Numbered from the stretch's first letter, positions 7,165-17,670 are shown. The stretch: DNA of 64,000 nucleotides from Spirochaetia bacterium (GCA_965226065.1 OZ245332.1:1316774-1380773), one strand, 5' to 3'. The notes: generated by a model not told the origin, from the letters alone. Numbers and translations are program-made.

Positions 7165-10058
7165 TGAGAAAAGACTATACCGCGATTATTGAAGATCCAA
7201 ATGTATCAGATAAAGATAAAGCAAGGGCGTATGAGAGCAGAGCCGATATGTACTGGCAACAAGAGAAGTATGAGGAAGCGATAGAAGACTATACTGCGAT
7301 TATTGAAGATCCAAATGTATCAGATAAAGATAAAGCAAGGGCGTATGAGAGCAGAGCCGATACGTACTGGCAACAAGAGAAGTATGAGGAAGCGGTAGCA
7401 GACTATACTGTGATTATTGAAGATCCAAATGTATCAGATAAAGATAAAGCAAGGGCGTATATGGATAGAGCTGATACATACTGTCGACAAAAGAAGTATG
7501 AGGAAGCGGTAGCAGACTATGGGCAGGCGATTGAGTTATTTATCGGTGCTATAGATAAAGCATGGTCGTATTTGCGCAGAGGCGATGCGTACTTTGAGCA
7601 AGAGAAGTATGACTTAGCAATAGCAGATTATACGGAGGCGATTGGGTTATTTAGAAATCGTAAAGGGAAAGTATGGCCGTATTTGCGCAGAGGCGATGCG
7701 TACCGTGAGCAAGGGAAGCATGACTTAGCAATAGAAGACTATACCGCGATTATTGAAGATCCAAATGTATCAGATAGAGATAAAGCAAGAGCGTATGAGT
7801 ACAGAGCCGATACGTACCGTAAGCAAAAGAAGTATGAGGAAGCGATAGCAGACTATACCGCGATTATTGAAAATCCAAATGTATCAGATAAAGATAAAGC
7901 AAGGGCGTATGAGAGCAGAGCCGATACGTACCGTAAGCAAAAGAAGTATGAGGAAGCGGTAGCAGACTATGGGCAGGCGATTGAGTTATTTATCGGTGCT
8001 ATAGATAAAGCATGGCCGTATTTGTACAGAGGCGATGCGTACCGTGAGCAAGAGAAGTATGACTTAGCAATAGCAGATTATACGGAGGCGATTGGGTTAT
8101 TTAGAAATCGTAAAGATAAAGCATGGCCGTATTTGTGCAGAGGCGATGCGTACCGTGAGCAAGAGAAGTATGACTTAGCAATAGCGGATTATACGGAGGC
8201 GATTGGGTTATTTAGAAATCATAAAGATAAAGCATGGCCGTATTTGTACAGAGGCGATGCGTACCGTGAGCAAGAGAAGTATGACTTAGCAATAGCAGAT
8301 TATACGGAGGCGATTGGGTTATTTAGAAATCGTAAAGATAAAGCATGGCCGTATTTGTACAGAGGCGATGCGTACCGTGAGCAAGAGAAGTATGACTTAG
8401 CAATAGCAGATTATACGGAGGCGATTGGGTTATTTAGAAATCGTAAAGGGAAAGTATGGCCGTATTTGCGCAGAGGCGATGCGTACCGTGAGCAAGGGAA
8501 GCATGACTTAGCAATAGAAGACTATACCGCGATTATTGAAGATCCAAATGTATCAAATAAAGATAAAGCAAGGGCGTATGAGAGCAGAGCCGATACGTAC
8601 TGGCAACAAGAGAAGTATGAGGAAGCGGTAGCAGACTATACTGCGATTATTGAAGATCCAAATGTATCAGATAAAGATAAAGCAAGGGCGTATGAGAGCA
8701 GAGCCGATACGTACTGTCGACAAAAGAAGTATGAGGAAGCGGTAGCAGACTATGGGCAGGCGATTGAGTTATTTATCGGTGCTATAGATAAAGCATGGTC
8801 GTATTTACGCAGAGGCGATGCGTACTTTGAGCAAGAGAAGTATGACTTAGCGATAGCGGATTTTGACGAAGCAATAAAATTAAACCCTTATAATGCGTTA
8901 ATTCACTTCGTTAAGGGTATTTCTTTTCTTAAAAATAGAAAGCATGAGGACGCTATTACTTGTCTTCATGCTGCTTTACAGCATGGTATATTTAATGAAG
9001 ATGTAGAAATATATAGTCAAGAAATACTTGGAGAAGGTGACGACGAACTTTCTGAAAATATATTTAAAGTCTTTCAAAACGTGGTGAAGATATTAAACAG
9101 GTTAAAGGTAACAGAAGATTCTAAGGACAAGGTAGAATATCTTTCGCATACTACCAAATTATCTGTTTTTACCCAGCTTCTACCTGTACATGAGCACGAC
9201 AAAAAACTAGGTGCATTTCGCATGTACCACATTGCCTATGCTAATGACCCCACCGAAGGCACGGTGTTGTTTGACAGATTAGGCATCTCGCCCGACAAAA
9301 GAGAAAGGACGGATATTCCATATATACTGATTGCAAGCTTTTGTGGCGGTAAAGACCCACAAGCATTAGATAGCTTACCCATATGGAACATGTACGGCGA
9401 TGAAGCTAAGGGCGTAGCCATGCTCTTTAACATAAACGACATAGCTTCTCGTGAACAAGGGCATGTTACATCCCTTTCGTTTAAGGATAAGTATATTGAT
9501 GGCGAAAATAAAAGAAAAGTTGTTACAGAAGAAGAACGAGGCAAGGGGAAAACAGAACCTTTGCAGATATTATACGAAGTACACTATGTAAACAATCAAG
9601 AAGAGACAAGGGATACTCAAGAAAACAATGAAAAGAATAAGAATATAGATAAGATAATAGGCGAAATAAAAAAAGAGCTTGAAATAATAGAAAACCTAAA
9701 ACCATTACAAGCAAAGAAAATATACAACAAAATCCTAGATTTATTAAGTGGTTTGCGTTATCTCATAAAAGACAGAACCTACGCGTACGAAAACGAATAT
9801 CGCTTAGTGTGCTTTGCAAGTGAAAAAAACATATCAGAGGTATTAAAAATTGAAGAAGATGCACCAGAAGAGCGCTTTCCTCGCATCTATGTAGAAACAA
9901 AAATACTGAAAAATCTGTGCGGAGTAATGACTGCTCCTAAAGTTAAGGAAGAGCAAGCCTTAAGCATACAGTATCTTTTGTATCGGTATAAAAAGAATGA
10001 AGAGCTCTCAAAACTTGAAGAATTTCCCGTGTATAAAAGTAGAATTCCCTATCGCTAA
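7164..10058 (+). CDS. Modular TPR-array protein with C-terminal DUF2971-like domain
   Basis: 15 near-identical 37/38-aa TPR units. The C-terminal domain has AYANDPTEG, IASFC, LPIWNMYGDEAKGVAMLF and KDRTYAYENEYRLV, typical of DUF2971. Confidence 0.85.
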   Translation: MRKDYTAIIEDPNVSDKDKARAYESRADMYWQQEKYEEAIEDYTAIIEDPNVSDKDKARAYESRADTYWQQEKYEEAVADYTVIIEDPNVSDKDKARAYMDRADTYCRQKKYEEAVADYGQAIELFIGAIDKAWSYLRRGDAYFEQEKYDLAIADYTEAIGLFRNRKGKVWPYLRRGDAYREQGKHDLAIEDYTAIIEDPNVSDRDKARAYEYRADTYRKQKKYEEAIADYTAIIENPNVSDKDKARAYESRADTYRKQKKYEEAVADYGQAIELFIGAIDKAWPYLYRGDAYREQEKYDLAIADYTEAIGLFRNRKDKAWPYLCRGDAYREQEKYDLAIADYTEAIGLFRNHKDKAWPYLYRGDAYREQEKYDLAIADYTEAIGLFRNRKDKAWPYLYRGDAYREQEKYDLAIADYTEAIGLFRNRKGKVWPYLRRGDAYREQGKHDLAIEDYTAIIEDPNVSNKDKARAYESRADTYWQQEKYEEAVADYTAIIEDPNVSDKDKARAYESRADTYCRQKKYEEAVADYGQAIELFIGAIDKAWSYLRRGDAYFEQEKYDLAIADFDEAIKLNPYNALIHFVKGISFLKNRKHEDAITCLHAALQHGIFNEDVEIYSQEILGEGDDELSENIFKVFQNVVKILNRLKVTEDSKDKVEYLSHTTKLSVFTQLLPVHEHDKKLGAFRMYHIAYANDPTEGTVLFDRLGISPDKRERTDIPYILIASFCGGKDPQALDSLPIWNMYGDEAKGVAMLFNINDIASREQGHVTSLSFKDKYIDGENKRKVVTEEERGKGKTEPLQILYEVHYVNNQEETRDTQENNEKNKNIDKIIGEIKKELEIIENLKPLQAKKIYNKILDLLSGLRYLIKDRTYAYENEYRLVCFASEKNISEVLKIEEDAPEERFPRIYVETKILKNLCGVMTAPKVKEEQALSIQYLLYRYKKNEELSKLEEFPVYKSRIPYR
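7173..8858 (+). repeat. Coding tandem array of 114-bp (A) and 111-bp (B, C) units, order AAABCAABCCCCAAB
   Basis: 7x114 + 8x111 = 1686 bp, matching the span exactly. Confidence 0.95.
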
Positions 10059-10293
10059 GCTTAAGCTTTTATAGAAATTATCCCCCATGAATGGGAAACA
10101 CAGCTTGCTCCATGCATAGCTAGCTACGAGTATGCCATGATACAATACATGGTATAGATTTAGTCTTGAACACTTAACCCCTAGTGCAGAAAATTAGTGA
10201 AGGAACTTCGATTATGTTATCAAAGATGGAGATACAGTATTTCTTAAAGAGACAAAAGCACAACGGCAGTGCTGAGGAAAAGATGGGGGATTT

Positions 10294-12252
10294 ATGAATA
10301 TCACAAAAATACAAGACATATTGCATGAGCTTTTGAAGCAAGATGCGAGACTTTGGAATGAAGCTGAGCTTAATTACACGCGTCTTTTTGATTTACTAGA
10401 GAAGAATGACCCTGTGATTATAGCGCTTCTTTTAAAAGATGCTGATGTTAAAGAGAAATTCTTTATACAGGTGGAAAACGTTTTTGTTTTTAAGTCCGAT
10501 GAGTTTCGCTTTTTTGTAGAAGAAAACAAAATAGATAATTCTTACACGAGGTATAAGAATCGCATTGGCTTAACGAGTAGCAAGCGATTTATCAAAGACA
10601 CACACGATGTTGTCTTAGACTTTCCATACAAGGACTGCGTGCTAGAAGGTGGGCAGAGTAGGGACGAAGGCACGGATGCGTACTTTGCGCAAGGCAAAGA
10701 TAGAGCATACGAACAGAAGAAAGCAAAGCGGAAAGAAATATTTTACAACTCGGTATTAGCGCACGATGAGATTGACAGACTTTTTGATGCAAAAGCCTTG
10801 ACGAATTGGAAACGATATCGCAAAGACGGCATGCACGATGCTAGCGATATTGAAAGAGAGCAGGGCACGATACAAGAAAACCTGATACTCAAAGGCAATA
10901 ACCTCATAGCGTTGCACAGCCTTAAGCGACAATTTGCAGGCAAGGTGAAGTTGATATACATAGATCCGCCGTATAATACGGGCAATGACAGTTTCAATTA
11001 CAACGACAAATTTAATCATAGTACGTGGTTAGTGTTTATGAAAAACCGATTAGAAGCAGCGAGGCAGTTGCTACGAGATGATGGGGTGATATTTGTACAG
11101 TGCGATGACAACGAACAAGCGTACTTAAAGATACTGATGGACGAAGTCTTTGGACGGGAAAATTTCTTAAATGATATTATATGGAACTCTACAAAGTCGG
11201 TAACAAATACAGCAATAATATCTGTTGCACATACTCATACATTAGTTTACTTCAAGAGGAAAGATTACTATATAAAGTATAGAAATGAATTTAGATTAAA
11301 AGAAACTGGAGAGGGATTTTCTAATCCAGATAACGATCCTAGGGGAGAATGGAAGGCAGACCCTTTTCAGGTGGGAGGTTGGAGACCTAATCAACAATAC
11401 GATATAATAAATCCAAATACAAAAGTTACTTATAAACCAAATGAAGGTTGTAGCTGGAAAAATGACTTTAATAAGTTTCAAGAACTCTTAAAAGATAATA
11501 GAATTATCTTTGGGACAGATGGAAAGTCAGCTCCTCAAAGAAAAAGATTTTTATCTGAAGCATTAGAAAGAGGTAAAGTTTCTACAACAATTTGGAATGA
11601 CTTAGAAACGACCACTAACGGAACACAACATTTAAAAAGATTATTTAATAAAACTATATTTTCTAATCCCAAACCCGAAGGGCTGTTACAAAGAATTATC
11701 GAGATGGCCACCCAGCCCGGAGATATTGTTCTGGACTACCATTTGGGCAGCGGCACTACCGCAGCGGTAGCACACAAGATGGGTAGGCAATACATCGGCA
11801 TAGAACAAATGGACTACATAGAAGACATAGCGGTAGCGCGTTTGTGCAAAGTCATAGAAGGCGAACAAGGCGGAATAAGCAAGGCGATGCAGTGGAAGGG
11901 TGGAGGTTCTTTCCTCTATTGCGAGCTTGCCCCATGGAACGAGCAGGCAAAAAAGCGAATTGCTGCGTGTGAGTCTTTAGAAGCGCTAGAGACTTTTTTT
12001 AATGAAATGTACGAACGATACTTTCTAAATTACAACGTGAAAATAAAAGAGTTTAAAGACAACGTGCTAGGTGAAAAGCAGTTTAGAGCCTTAAGCCTTG
12101 AGGAACACAAACGCATTTTTTGTGCCATGCTTGATAACAACCAGATGTACGTACCTGTAAGCGAAATGGCAGATGCGAAGTATGACATTAGTGAGACAGA
12201 CCAAGAAATGACGAAAAGGTTTTATGGTGAGGAATTGGTTTTAAATTTATGA
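10294..12252 (+). CDS. mod: Type III R-M methyltransferase (Mod), copy 1
   Basis: ENLILKGNNL, IYIDPPYN, central TRD, DYHLGSGTT, GIEQMDY and GGGSF (beta-class N6-adenine MTase). Confidence 0.93.
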   Translation: MNITKIQDILHELLKQDARLWNEAELNYTRLFDLLEKNDPVIIALLLKDADVKEKFFIQVENVFVFKSDEFRFFVEENKIDNSYTRYKNRIGLTSSKRFIKDTHDVVLDFPYKDCVLEGGQSRDEGTDAYFAQGKDRAYEQKKAKRKEIFYNSVLAHDEIDRLFDAKALTNWKRYRKDGMHDASDIEREQGTIQENLILKGNNLIALHSLKRQFAGKVKLIYIDPPYNTGNDSFNYNDKFNHSTWLVFMKNRLEAARQLLRDDGVIFVQCDDNEQAYLKILMDEVFGRENFLNDIIWNSTKSVTNTAIISVAHTHTLVYFKRKDYYIKYRNEFRLKETGEGFSNPDNDPRGEWKADPFQVGGWRPNQQYDIINPNTKVTYKPNEGCSWKNDFNKFQELLKDNRIIFGTDGKSAPQRKRFLSEALERGKVSTTIWNDLETTTNGTQHLKRLFNKTIFSNPKPEGLLQRIIEMATQPGDIVLDYHLGSGTTAAVAHKMGRQYIGIEQMDYIEDIAVARLCKVIEGEQGGISKAMQWKGGGSFLYCELAPWNEQAKKRIAACESLEALETFFNEMYERYFLNYNVKIKEFKDNVLGEKQFRALSLEEHKRIFCAMLDNNQMYVPVSEMADAKYDISETDQEMTKRFYGEELVLNL

Positions 12253-14201
12253 ATATCAAAAAAATACAAGACATATTGCATGAGCTTTTGAAGCAAGATG
12301 CGAGACTTTGGAATGAAGCTGAGCTTGATTACACGCGTCTTTTTGATTTGCTAGAGAAGAATGACCCTGTGATTATAGCGCTTCTTTTAAAAGATGCTGA
12401 TGTTAAAGAGAAATTCTTTATACAGGTGGAAAACATTTTTGTTTTTAAGCCCGATGAGTTTCGCTTTTTTGTAGAAGAAAACAAAATAGATAATTCTTAC
12501 ACGAGGTATAAGAATCGCATTGGCTTAACGAGTGGCAAGCGATTTATCAAAGACACACACGATGTTGTCTTAGACTTTCCATACAAGGACTGCGTGCTAG
12601 AAGGTGGGCAGAGTAGGGACGAAGGCACGGATGCATACTTTGCGCAAGGCAAAGATAGAGCATACGAACAGAAGACAGCAAAGCGGAAAGAAATATTTTA
12701 CAACTCGGTATTAGCGCACGATGAGATTGACAGACTTTTTGATGCAAAAGCCTTGACGAATTGGAAACGATACCGCAAAGATGGCATGCACGATGCTAGC
12801 GATATTGAAAAAGATGCACAGGGCACGATAAAAGAAAACCTGATACTCAAAGGCAATAACCTCATAGCGTTGCACAGCCTTAAGCGACAATTTGCAGGCA
12901 AGGTGAAGTTGATATACATAGATCCGCCGTATAATACGGGCACAAAAGAGTTTTGTTACAATAATAAATTTCATCACAGTACGTGGTTAGTGTTTATGAA
13001 GAACCGATTAGAAGCAGCGAAGCAATTGCTTAGATTCAATGGCGTAATCTTTGTCAGCATTGATGATAAGGAACACGCGTACCTAAAGGTACTGATGGAT
13101 GAAGTATTCGGACGAGAAAATTTTGTCGGTGACTTAATTAGAAAAACAAAATCTACATCTAACATTATGAAGACAAATTTTAATTTTCAACACGAGAATA
13201 CCTTAATCTATGCAAAAGATATGGAGCATGTATATCTAAGTGGTGGTGAGAAAGATTTTCAGAATTATAGTAATCCCGATAATGATATAAATGGAGAATG
13301 GGTAGGAGCAGATCCAAGTGCAGCACGCATAACAAAGAAAGACCAATATCCTATTAAAAATCCTTATACAGGCAAAGTCGATTATCCACCTTCGGGGACA
13401 AGTTGGAAATTTCCTCAATATAGGTATGAAGAATACGTAAAAAGTGGACGGATAAAGCATAAGAAAATACATAAAGAAAATGAACGTGGCTTTATTTATA
13501 AACGATATAAGAAAGATGTAATAAAGCGAGAGTATGAGCTAAGTTCACTATTATGCACTGATACTGTTTACATGAATCAAGCAGCAACAAAAGAAAATAT
13601 CAAAATATTTGCTGATAAAACATTTGACTTTGCAAAGCCTGAAATATTTCTTAAAGTAGTAATTGAATCTTGTACCCAACCCGGCGATATAGTCTTAGAC
13701 TATCATCTTGGTTCTGGCACTACCGCAGCGGTGGCACACAAGATGGGTAGGCAATACATCGGCATAGAACAAATGGACTACATAGAAGACATAGCGGTAG
13801 CGCGTTTGCGCAAAGTCATAGAAGGCGAACAAGGCGGAATAAGCAAGGCAATGCAGTGGAAGGGTGGAGGTTCTTTCCTCTATTGCGAGCTTGCCCCATG
13901 GAACGAGCAGGCAAAAAAGCGAATTGCTGCGTGTGAGTCTTTAGAAGCGCTAGAGACTTTCTTTAATGAAATGTACGAACGATACTTTCTAAACTACAAC
14001 GTGAAAATAAAAGAGTTTAAAGACAATGTGCTAGGTGAAAAAGAATTTAGAGCCTTAAGCCTTGAGGAACACAAACGCATTTTTTGTGCCATGCTTGATA
14101 ATAACCAAATGTACGTACCTGTAAGCGAAATGGCAGATGCGAAGTATGACATTAGTGAGACGGACCAAGAAATGACGAAAAGGTTTTATGGTAAGGAATA
14201 A
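12249..14201 (+). CDS. mod: Type III R-M methyltransferase (Mod), copy 2 with a different TRD
   Basis: Same motifs as copy 1; near-identical flanks and a strongly diverged central region; ATGA overlap with copy 1. Confidence 0.93.
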   Translation: MNIKKIQDILHELLKQDARLWNEAELDYTRLFDLLEKNDPVIIALLLKDADVKEKFFIQVENIFVFKPDEFRFFVEENKIDNSYTRYKNRIGLTSGKRFIKDTHDVVLDFPYKDCVLEGGQSRDEGTDAYFAQGKDRAYEQKTAKRKEIFYNSVLAHDEIDRLFDAKALTNWKRYRKDGMHDASDIEKDAQGTIKENLILKGNNLIALHSLKRQFAGKVKLIYIDPPYNTGTKEFCYNNKFHHSTWLVFMKNRLEAAKQLLRFNGVIFVSIDDKEHAYLKVLMDEVFGRENFVGDLIRKTKSTSNIMKTNFNFQHENTLIYAKDMEHVYLSGGEKDFQNYSNPDNDINGEWVGADPSAARITKKDQYPIKNPYTGKVDYPPSGTSWKFPQYRYEEYVKSGRIKHKKIHKENERGFIYKRYKKDVIKREYELSSLLCTDTVYMNQAATKENIKIFADKTFDFAKPEIFLKVVIESCTQPGDIVLDYHLGSGTTAAVAHKMGRQYIGIEQMDYIEDIAVARLRKVIEGEQGGISKAMQWKGGGSFLYCELAPWNEQAKKRIAACESLEALETFFNEMYERYFLNYNVKIKEFKDNVLGEKEFRALSLEEHKRIFCAMLDNNQMYVPVSEMADAKYDISETDQEMTKRFYGKE

Positions 14202-14338
14202 TGACTAACAGAAGATACTTCATATACCAAGGATATAGATATTATAAAACGAGCTATTGAACATTTAAGAAGCAAAATGCCTCAAAGTAATTTTACATAC
14301 AGCAGGGTACATACACACAATAAAAGTCAGCGTCTTTA

Positions 14339-14368
14339 TTGACAGTGTATAACACAATACATTACGAT
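14339..14368 (+). promoter_or_regulatory. Putative sigma70 promoter of tnaA
   Basis: TTGACA-N18-TACGAT; AAGGAG RBS at 14403-14408 before the GTG at 14416. Confidence 0.55.
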
Positions 14369-14415
14369 CGTACCGTTTGATGCATGAATGATCAAGTAAT
14401 AAAAAGGAGCAGCCT

Positions 14416-15807
14416 GTGAGTGTTCAATATGTACCTGAGCCGTTTAGGATTAAATCAATAGAGCCTGTGAAATGCCTTACTCGGGAAGAACGAGAAAAAA
14501 AAATAAAGGATGCACAATATAATTTATTTAATCTTAGTTCTAAAGATGTATATATAGATCTTTTAACGGACAGTGGGACGGGAGCCATGAGTCAAGAACA
14601 ATGGGCTGGTCTTATGAAGGGCGATGAGGCATATGCGGGCTCTAAAAGTCATCAAAAGCTTGTAGAAACAGCACAGGATATTTTTGGCTATGAATATATT
14701 CAGCCAGTCCATCAGGGGCGAGCCGCAGAAAAAATCCTTTTTTCTCTCGTGATAGACAAGGGGCAATATTCTCTTTCTAATGCACATTTTGATACCACAC
14801 GGGCTCATGTACAACTATCTGGTGCAAAAATCGTTGATTGTGGTATTCCCGAAGCAAAAGATCTGATGACGGAATTTCCCTTTAAGGGAAATATGGATTG
14901 TGAAAAACTAGAAGCAATGATTGCGGAATATGGAGCTGATGCTATTGGAATTGTTATTATGACTGTTACCAATAACTTGGTTGGAGGTCAGCCAGTATCA
15001 ATGCAGAACATTCGTAGAACCTCAGAAATTTGTAGAAAACACGGTATTATGCTTTGCATTGATGCTGCGCGCTATGCAGAAAACGCTTTTTTTATTAAAA
15101 AAAGAGAAAAAGGCTATGCTGATAAATCCATTAAAGAAATAGTGAGAGAAATGTTTAGTTATTCTGATATGTTTACAATGAGTGCTAAAAAAGATGCCAT
15201 TGTTAATATAGGGGGCTTAGTTGGTATAAAATCGGACAAGCATTTGGAACAAGAAGTTAAAAACAGCACAATTATCTATGAAGGGTTTGTTGGTTATGGA
15301 GGACTTTCAGGTCGAGATATTGAGTGTTTATCTATTGGACTAATTGAAGGACTAGACGAAGATTATTTAGCATATCGCATTGGACAAGCAGAGTATTTGG
15401 GGGCGAAACTTCGTGAACAAGGTATTCATTGTCAATTTCCCACAGGAGGACATGGGGTATATGTAGATGCACAGGCCTTGCTCCCTCATATCCCCTATAA
15501 TCAATTTCCCGGACAGGCATTTGCAATTGAACTGTACAAGGAAGCGGGTATTCGAACAGTGGATGTGGGATCGTTTCTATTAGGTAACGACAGCAATACG
15601 GGTAAGCAGTTGCAATCGATGTTTGAATTTACCCGATTGTGCATACCACGTCGTGTATATACACAGTCACATCTTGATATTGTAGTAGATGCTATGGTGG
15701 CAATTCAAAAAAGATCGAACGAGGTCTCGGGATATAAAACTATATGGGAACCCCCTATCCTCAGACATTTTCAAGCACAATTATTACCCATACGAGAGAC
15801 TACATAA
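14416..15807 (+). CDS. tnaA: Tryptophanase
   Basis: [30 protein letters not shown] and MSAKKD (PLP lysine). HFDTTR carries Asp, as in tryptophanase; tyrosine phenol-lyase has FTTTR. Confidence 0.88.
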   Translation: MSVQYVPEPFRIKSIEPVKCLTREEREKKIKDAQYNLFNLSSKDVYIDLLTDSGTGAMSQEQWAGLMKGDEAYAGSKSHQKLVETAQDIFGYEYIQPVHQGRAAEKILFSLVIDKGQYSLSNAHFDTTRAHVQLSGAKIVDCGIPEAKDLMTEFPFKGNMDCEKLEAMIAEYGADAIGIVIMTVTNNLVGGQPVSMQNIRRTSEICRKHGIMLCIDAARYAENAFFIKKREKGYADKSIKEIVREMFSYSDMFTMSAKKDAIVNIGGLVGIKSDKHLEQEVKNSTIIYEGFVGYGGLSGRDIECLSIGLIEGLDEDYLAYRIGQAEYLGAKLREQGIHCQFPTGGHGVYVDAQALLPHIPYNQFPGQAFAIELYKEAGIRTVDVGSFLLGNDSNTGKQLQSMFEFTRLCIPRRVYTQSHLDIVVDAMVAIQKRSNEVSGYKTIWEPPILRHFQAQLLPIRETT

Positions 15808-15855
15808 TAAGGATTGAAACTGAAAATAAAAGAAGCTACGATAAGGAGGTAGAAA

Positions 15856-17214
15856 ATGTCTCAAGATGATTTGAAAGAACAATCTGCTACAGATGCTTCG
15901 CAAGTAGTACGTGATGGTTTTAGTTCTAAATCAGGCTTTATCACTGCTTGTATTGGATCTGCAGTAGGTATGGGGAATATATGGTTATTTTCATATCGTG
16001 TAGGTCAATTTGGTGGGGCTGCATTTCTTATCCCATATTTTTTCTTTGTGATAGTGATTGGACTTTCCGGTGTTATTGGAGAAATGTCCTTTGGTCGTGC
16101 TATGAAAGCAGGGCCACTGGGTGCTTTTACGAAAGCTATTCAAATGCGAGGAAAAAGTGGAGGTAGTATTTTAGGAATGATACCTGTAATAGGTTCGCTG
16201 GGTATTGCCACAGGTTATGCTGTTGTTGTAGGATGGCTTCTAAAATTTACCGTAGGTGCATTTGATGGCGGGGTTTTATCATCTAAAGATAGCGGTGCAT
16301 ATTTCGGTGCCATAGTTGGACCTTTTGGTAGTGTTGGTTGGCATGTAATAATTTTAGTCTTGGTATTTCTTATCATGGTATTGGGAATATCAAAAGGTAT
16401 TGAGATAGCAAATAAAATTATGATGCCTTTGTTTTTTGTGTTATTTATTGGGTTGGCAATATATGTGGTTACATTACCTGGTGCAATAGAAGGGTATAAA
16501 TATTTATTTATACCAAAATGGAACTTATTAGCGGATCTAAAAACATGGATCTATGCTTTGGGGCAGGCATTTTTTTCTTTATCATTAGCGGGTTCGGGAA
16601 CACTTGTATATGGAAGTTATTTAAAAAAATCTGAAGATGTTGTATCGTGTGCAAAGCATGTTGCCTTTTTTGATACCCTTGCTTCGCTCTTGGCGGCAAT
16701 TGTGATTATTCCAGCAGTATTTGCATTTGGCTTAAATCCTGGTGCTGGACCTCCTTTGATGTTTATTACCATGCCAAGTGTGTTTAAGCTAATGTTTGGA
16801 GGGCAGTTAGTTGCAATTATATTTTTCGTAGCGGTACTATTTGCAGGCACTACTTCTCTAATGAATTTACTTGAAACTCCCATTGAAGCATTACAGCAAA
16901 AATTTAAGATTTCAAGAGTTTTATCAGCTACTACCGTTATAGGAATTGCACTTGTAATTGGGGTGATGATTGAGAATGCTGAAATATTGGGAAGGTGGAT
17001 GGATCTTATGTCTCTTTATATTGTACCTCTTGGGGCCTTGCTTGCGGGCATTATGTTTTTTTGGGTTTGTGGATCGAAATTTGTAAAAGAACAAGTACAG
17101 ATGGGGCGAGACAAGCCGCTTGGATCTTGGTTTGTATTATTATCCAAGTATGTATTTTGTGGACTTACCCTTCTGGTGCTTATTTTAAGTATTGTCTTGG
17201 AAGGCGGAATATAA
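15856..17214 (+). CDS. NSS (SNF) family sodium-dependent amino acid transporter, TnaT-like
   Basis: GSAVGMGNIWLF, GQFGGAAFLIPY, ALGQAFFSLS and GPPLMFITMP motifs; lies directly after tnaA. Confidence 0.9.
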   Translation: MSQDDLKEQSATDASQVVRDGFSSKSGFITACIGSAVGMGNIWLFSYRVGQFGGAAFLIPYFFFVIVIGLSGVIGEMSFGRAMKAGPLGAFTKAIQMRGKSGGSILGMIPVIGSLGIATGYAVVVGWLLKFTVGAFDGGVLSSKDSGAYFGAIVGPFGSVGWHVIILVLVFLIMVLGISKGIEIANKIMMPLFFVLFIGLAIYVVTLPGAIEGYKYLFIPKWNLLADLKTWIYALGQAFFSLSLAGSGTLVYGSYLKKSEDVVSCAKHVAFFDTLASLLAAIVIIPAVFAFGLNPGAGPPLMFITMPSVFKLMFGGQLVAIIFFVAVLFAGTTSLMNLLETPIEALQQKFKISRVLSATTVIGIALVIGVMIENAEILGRWMDLMSLYIVPLGALLAGIMFFWVCGSKFVKEQVQMGRDKPLGSWFVLLSKYVFCGLTLLVLILSIVLEGGI

Positions 17215-17492
17215 ACTTTATCTTGCGTAGGAGCATGTTTTTTTAGATTTATAACAGACGCTTGCCGACATAAAAGCCGATCTTGACTACCGCCTTGACA
17301 CAAAAGATAAGCAAAGCGTTTTATACATAAAACCGTACACTTGTAATCCATATATACATAAACACATTATGCTTTTCCACTAAGAAACTCTAGAGAATGT
17401 TTGCATGAATATTTGGTATATAAAGTTAAGATACATAATCGCATGTATTTATCTAAAACACGCTTTCCATACACACGGTACAATAAAAACTA

Positions 17493-17651
17493 ATGAGCCT
17501 CACATGCGAAATACTACAAGCATTACTAGCATGTAATAGCGCCTACCTTACCCAAGATGGTGACTTAAATACGACCAAACTTTACAAGCTAGCACAAGAA
17601 TGCAATCGCAATTTGCTGGAATTGTTATGGGCAGAAAAAATTATTGGATAA
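17493..17651 (+). pseudogene. 5' remnant of a third type III mod gene (52 aa)
   Basis: MSLTCEILQALLACNSAYLTQDGDLNTTKLYKLAQECNRNLLELL aligns with the N-terminus of Mod copies 1/2 (DILHELLKQDARLWNEAELNYTRLFDLLEKNDPVIIALL). Not in the ORF track. Confidence 0.7.
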
Positions 17652-17670
17652 AGAGAGTTTGATTTTTTTT

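Noticed and set aside
7173-8858. CRISPR array or DGR template/variable repeat
   Set aside because: Units are contiguous in-frame coding repeats without unique spacers; differences are not adenine-specific; no cas or reverse transcriptase gene in the window.
10201-10275. Possible nuclease or Res C-terminal fragment (NFDYVIKDGDTVFLKETK)
   Set aside because: Only 24 codons between stops; the D...ExK spacing could be chance.
10294-14201. Simple-sequence-repeat phase variation of mod
   Set aside because: No long homopolymer or short tandem tract seen in either ORF.
14369-14415. tnaC-like leader peptide
   Set aside because: The short ORFs here contain no Trp codon.
14416-15807. Tyrosine phenol-lyase call
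   Set aside because: FDTTR and DVGSFLLG match tryptophanase rather than TPL (FTTTR, ERGIISAGR).
17662-17670. T9 tract as a phase-variation switch for the type II endonuclease
   Set aside because: It lies just upstream of the probable ATG (17671), so it is non-coding unless TTG 17644 is used; T runs are common in this AT-rich DNA.
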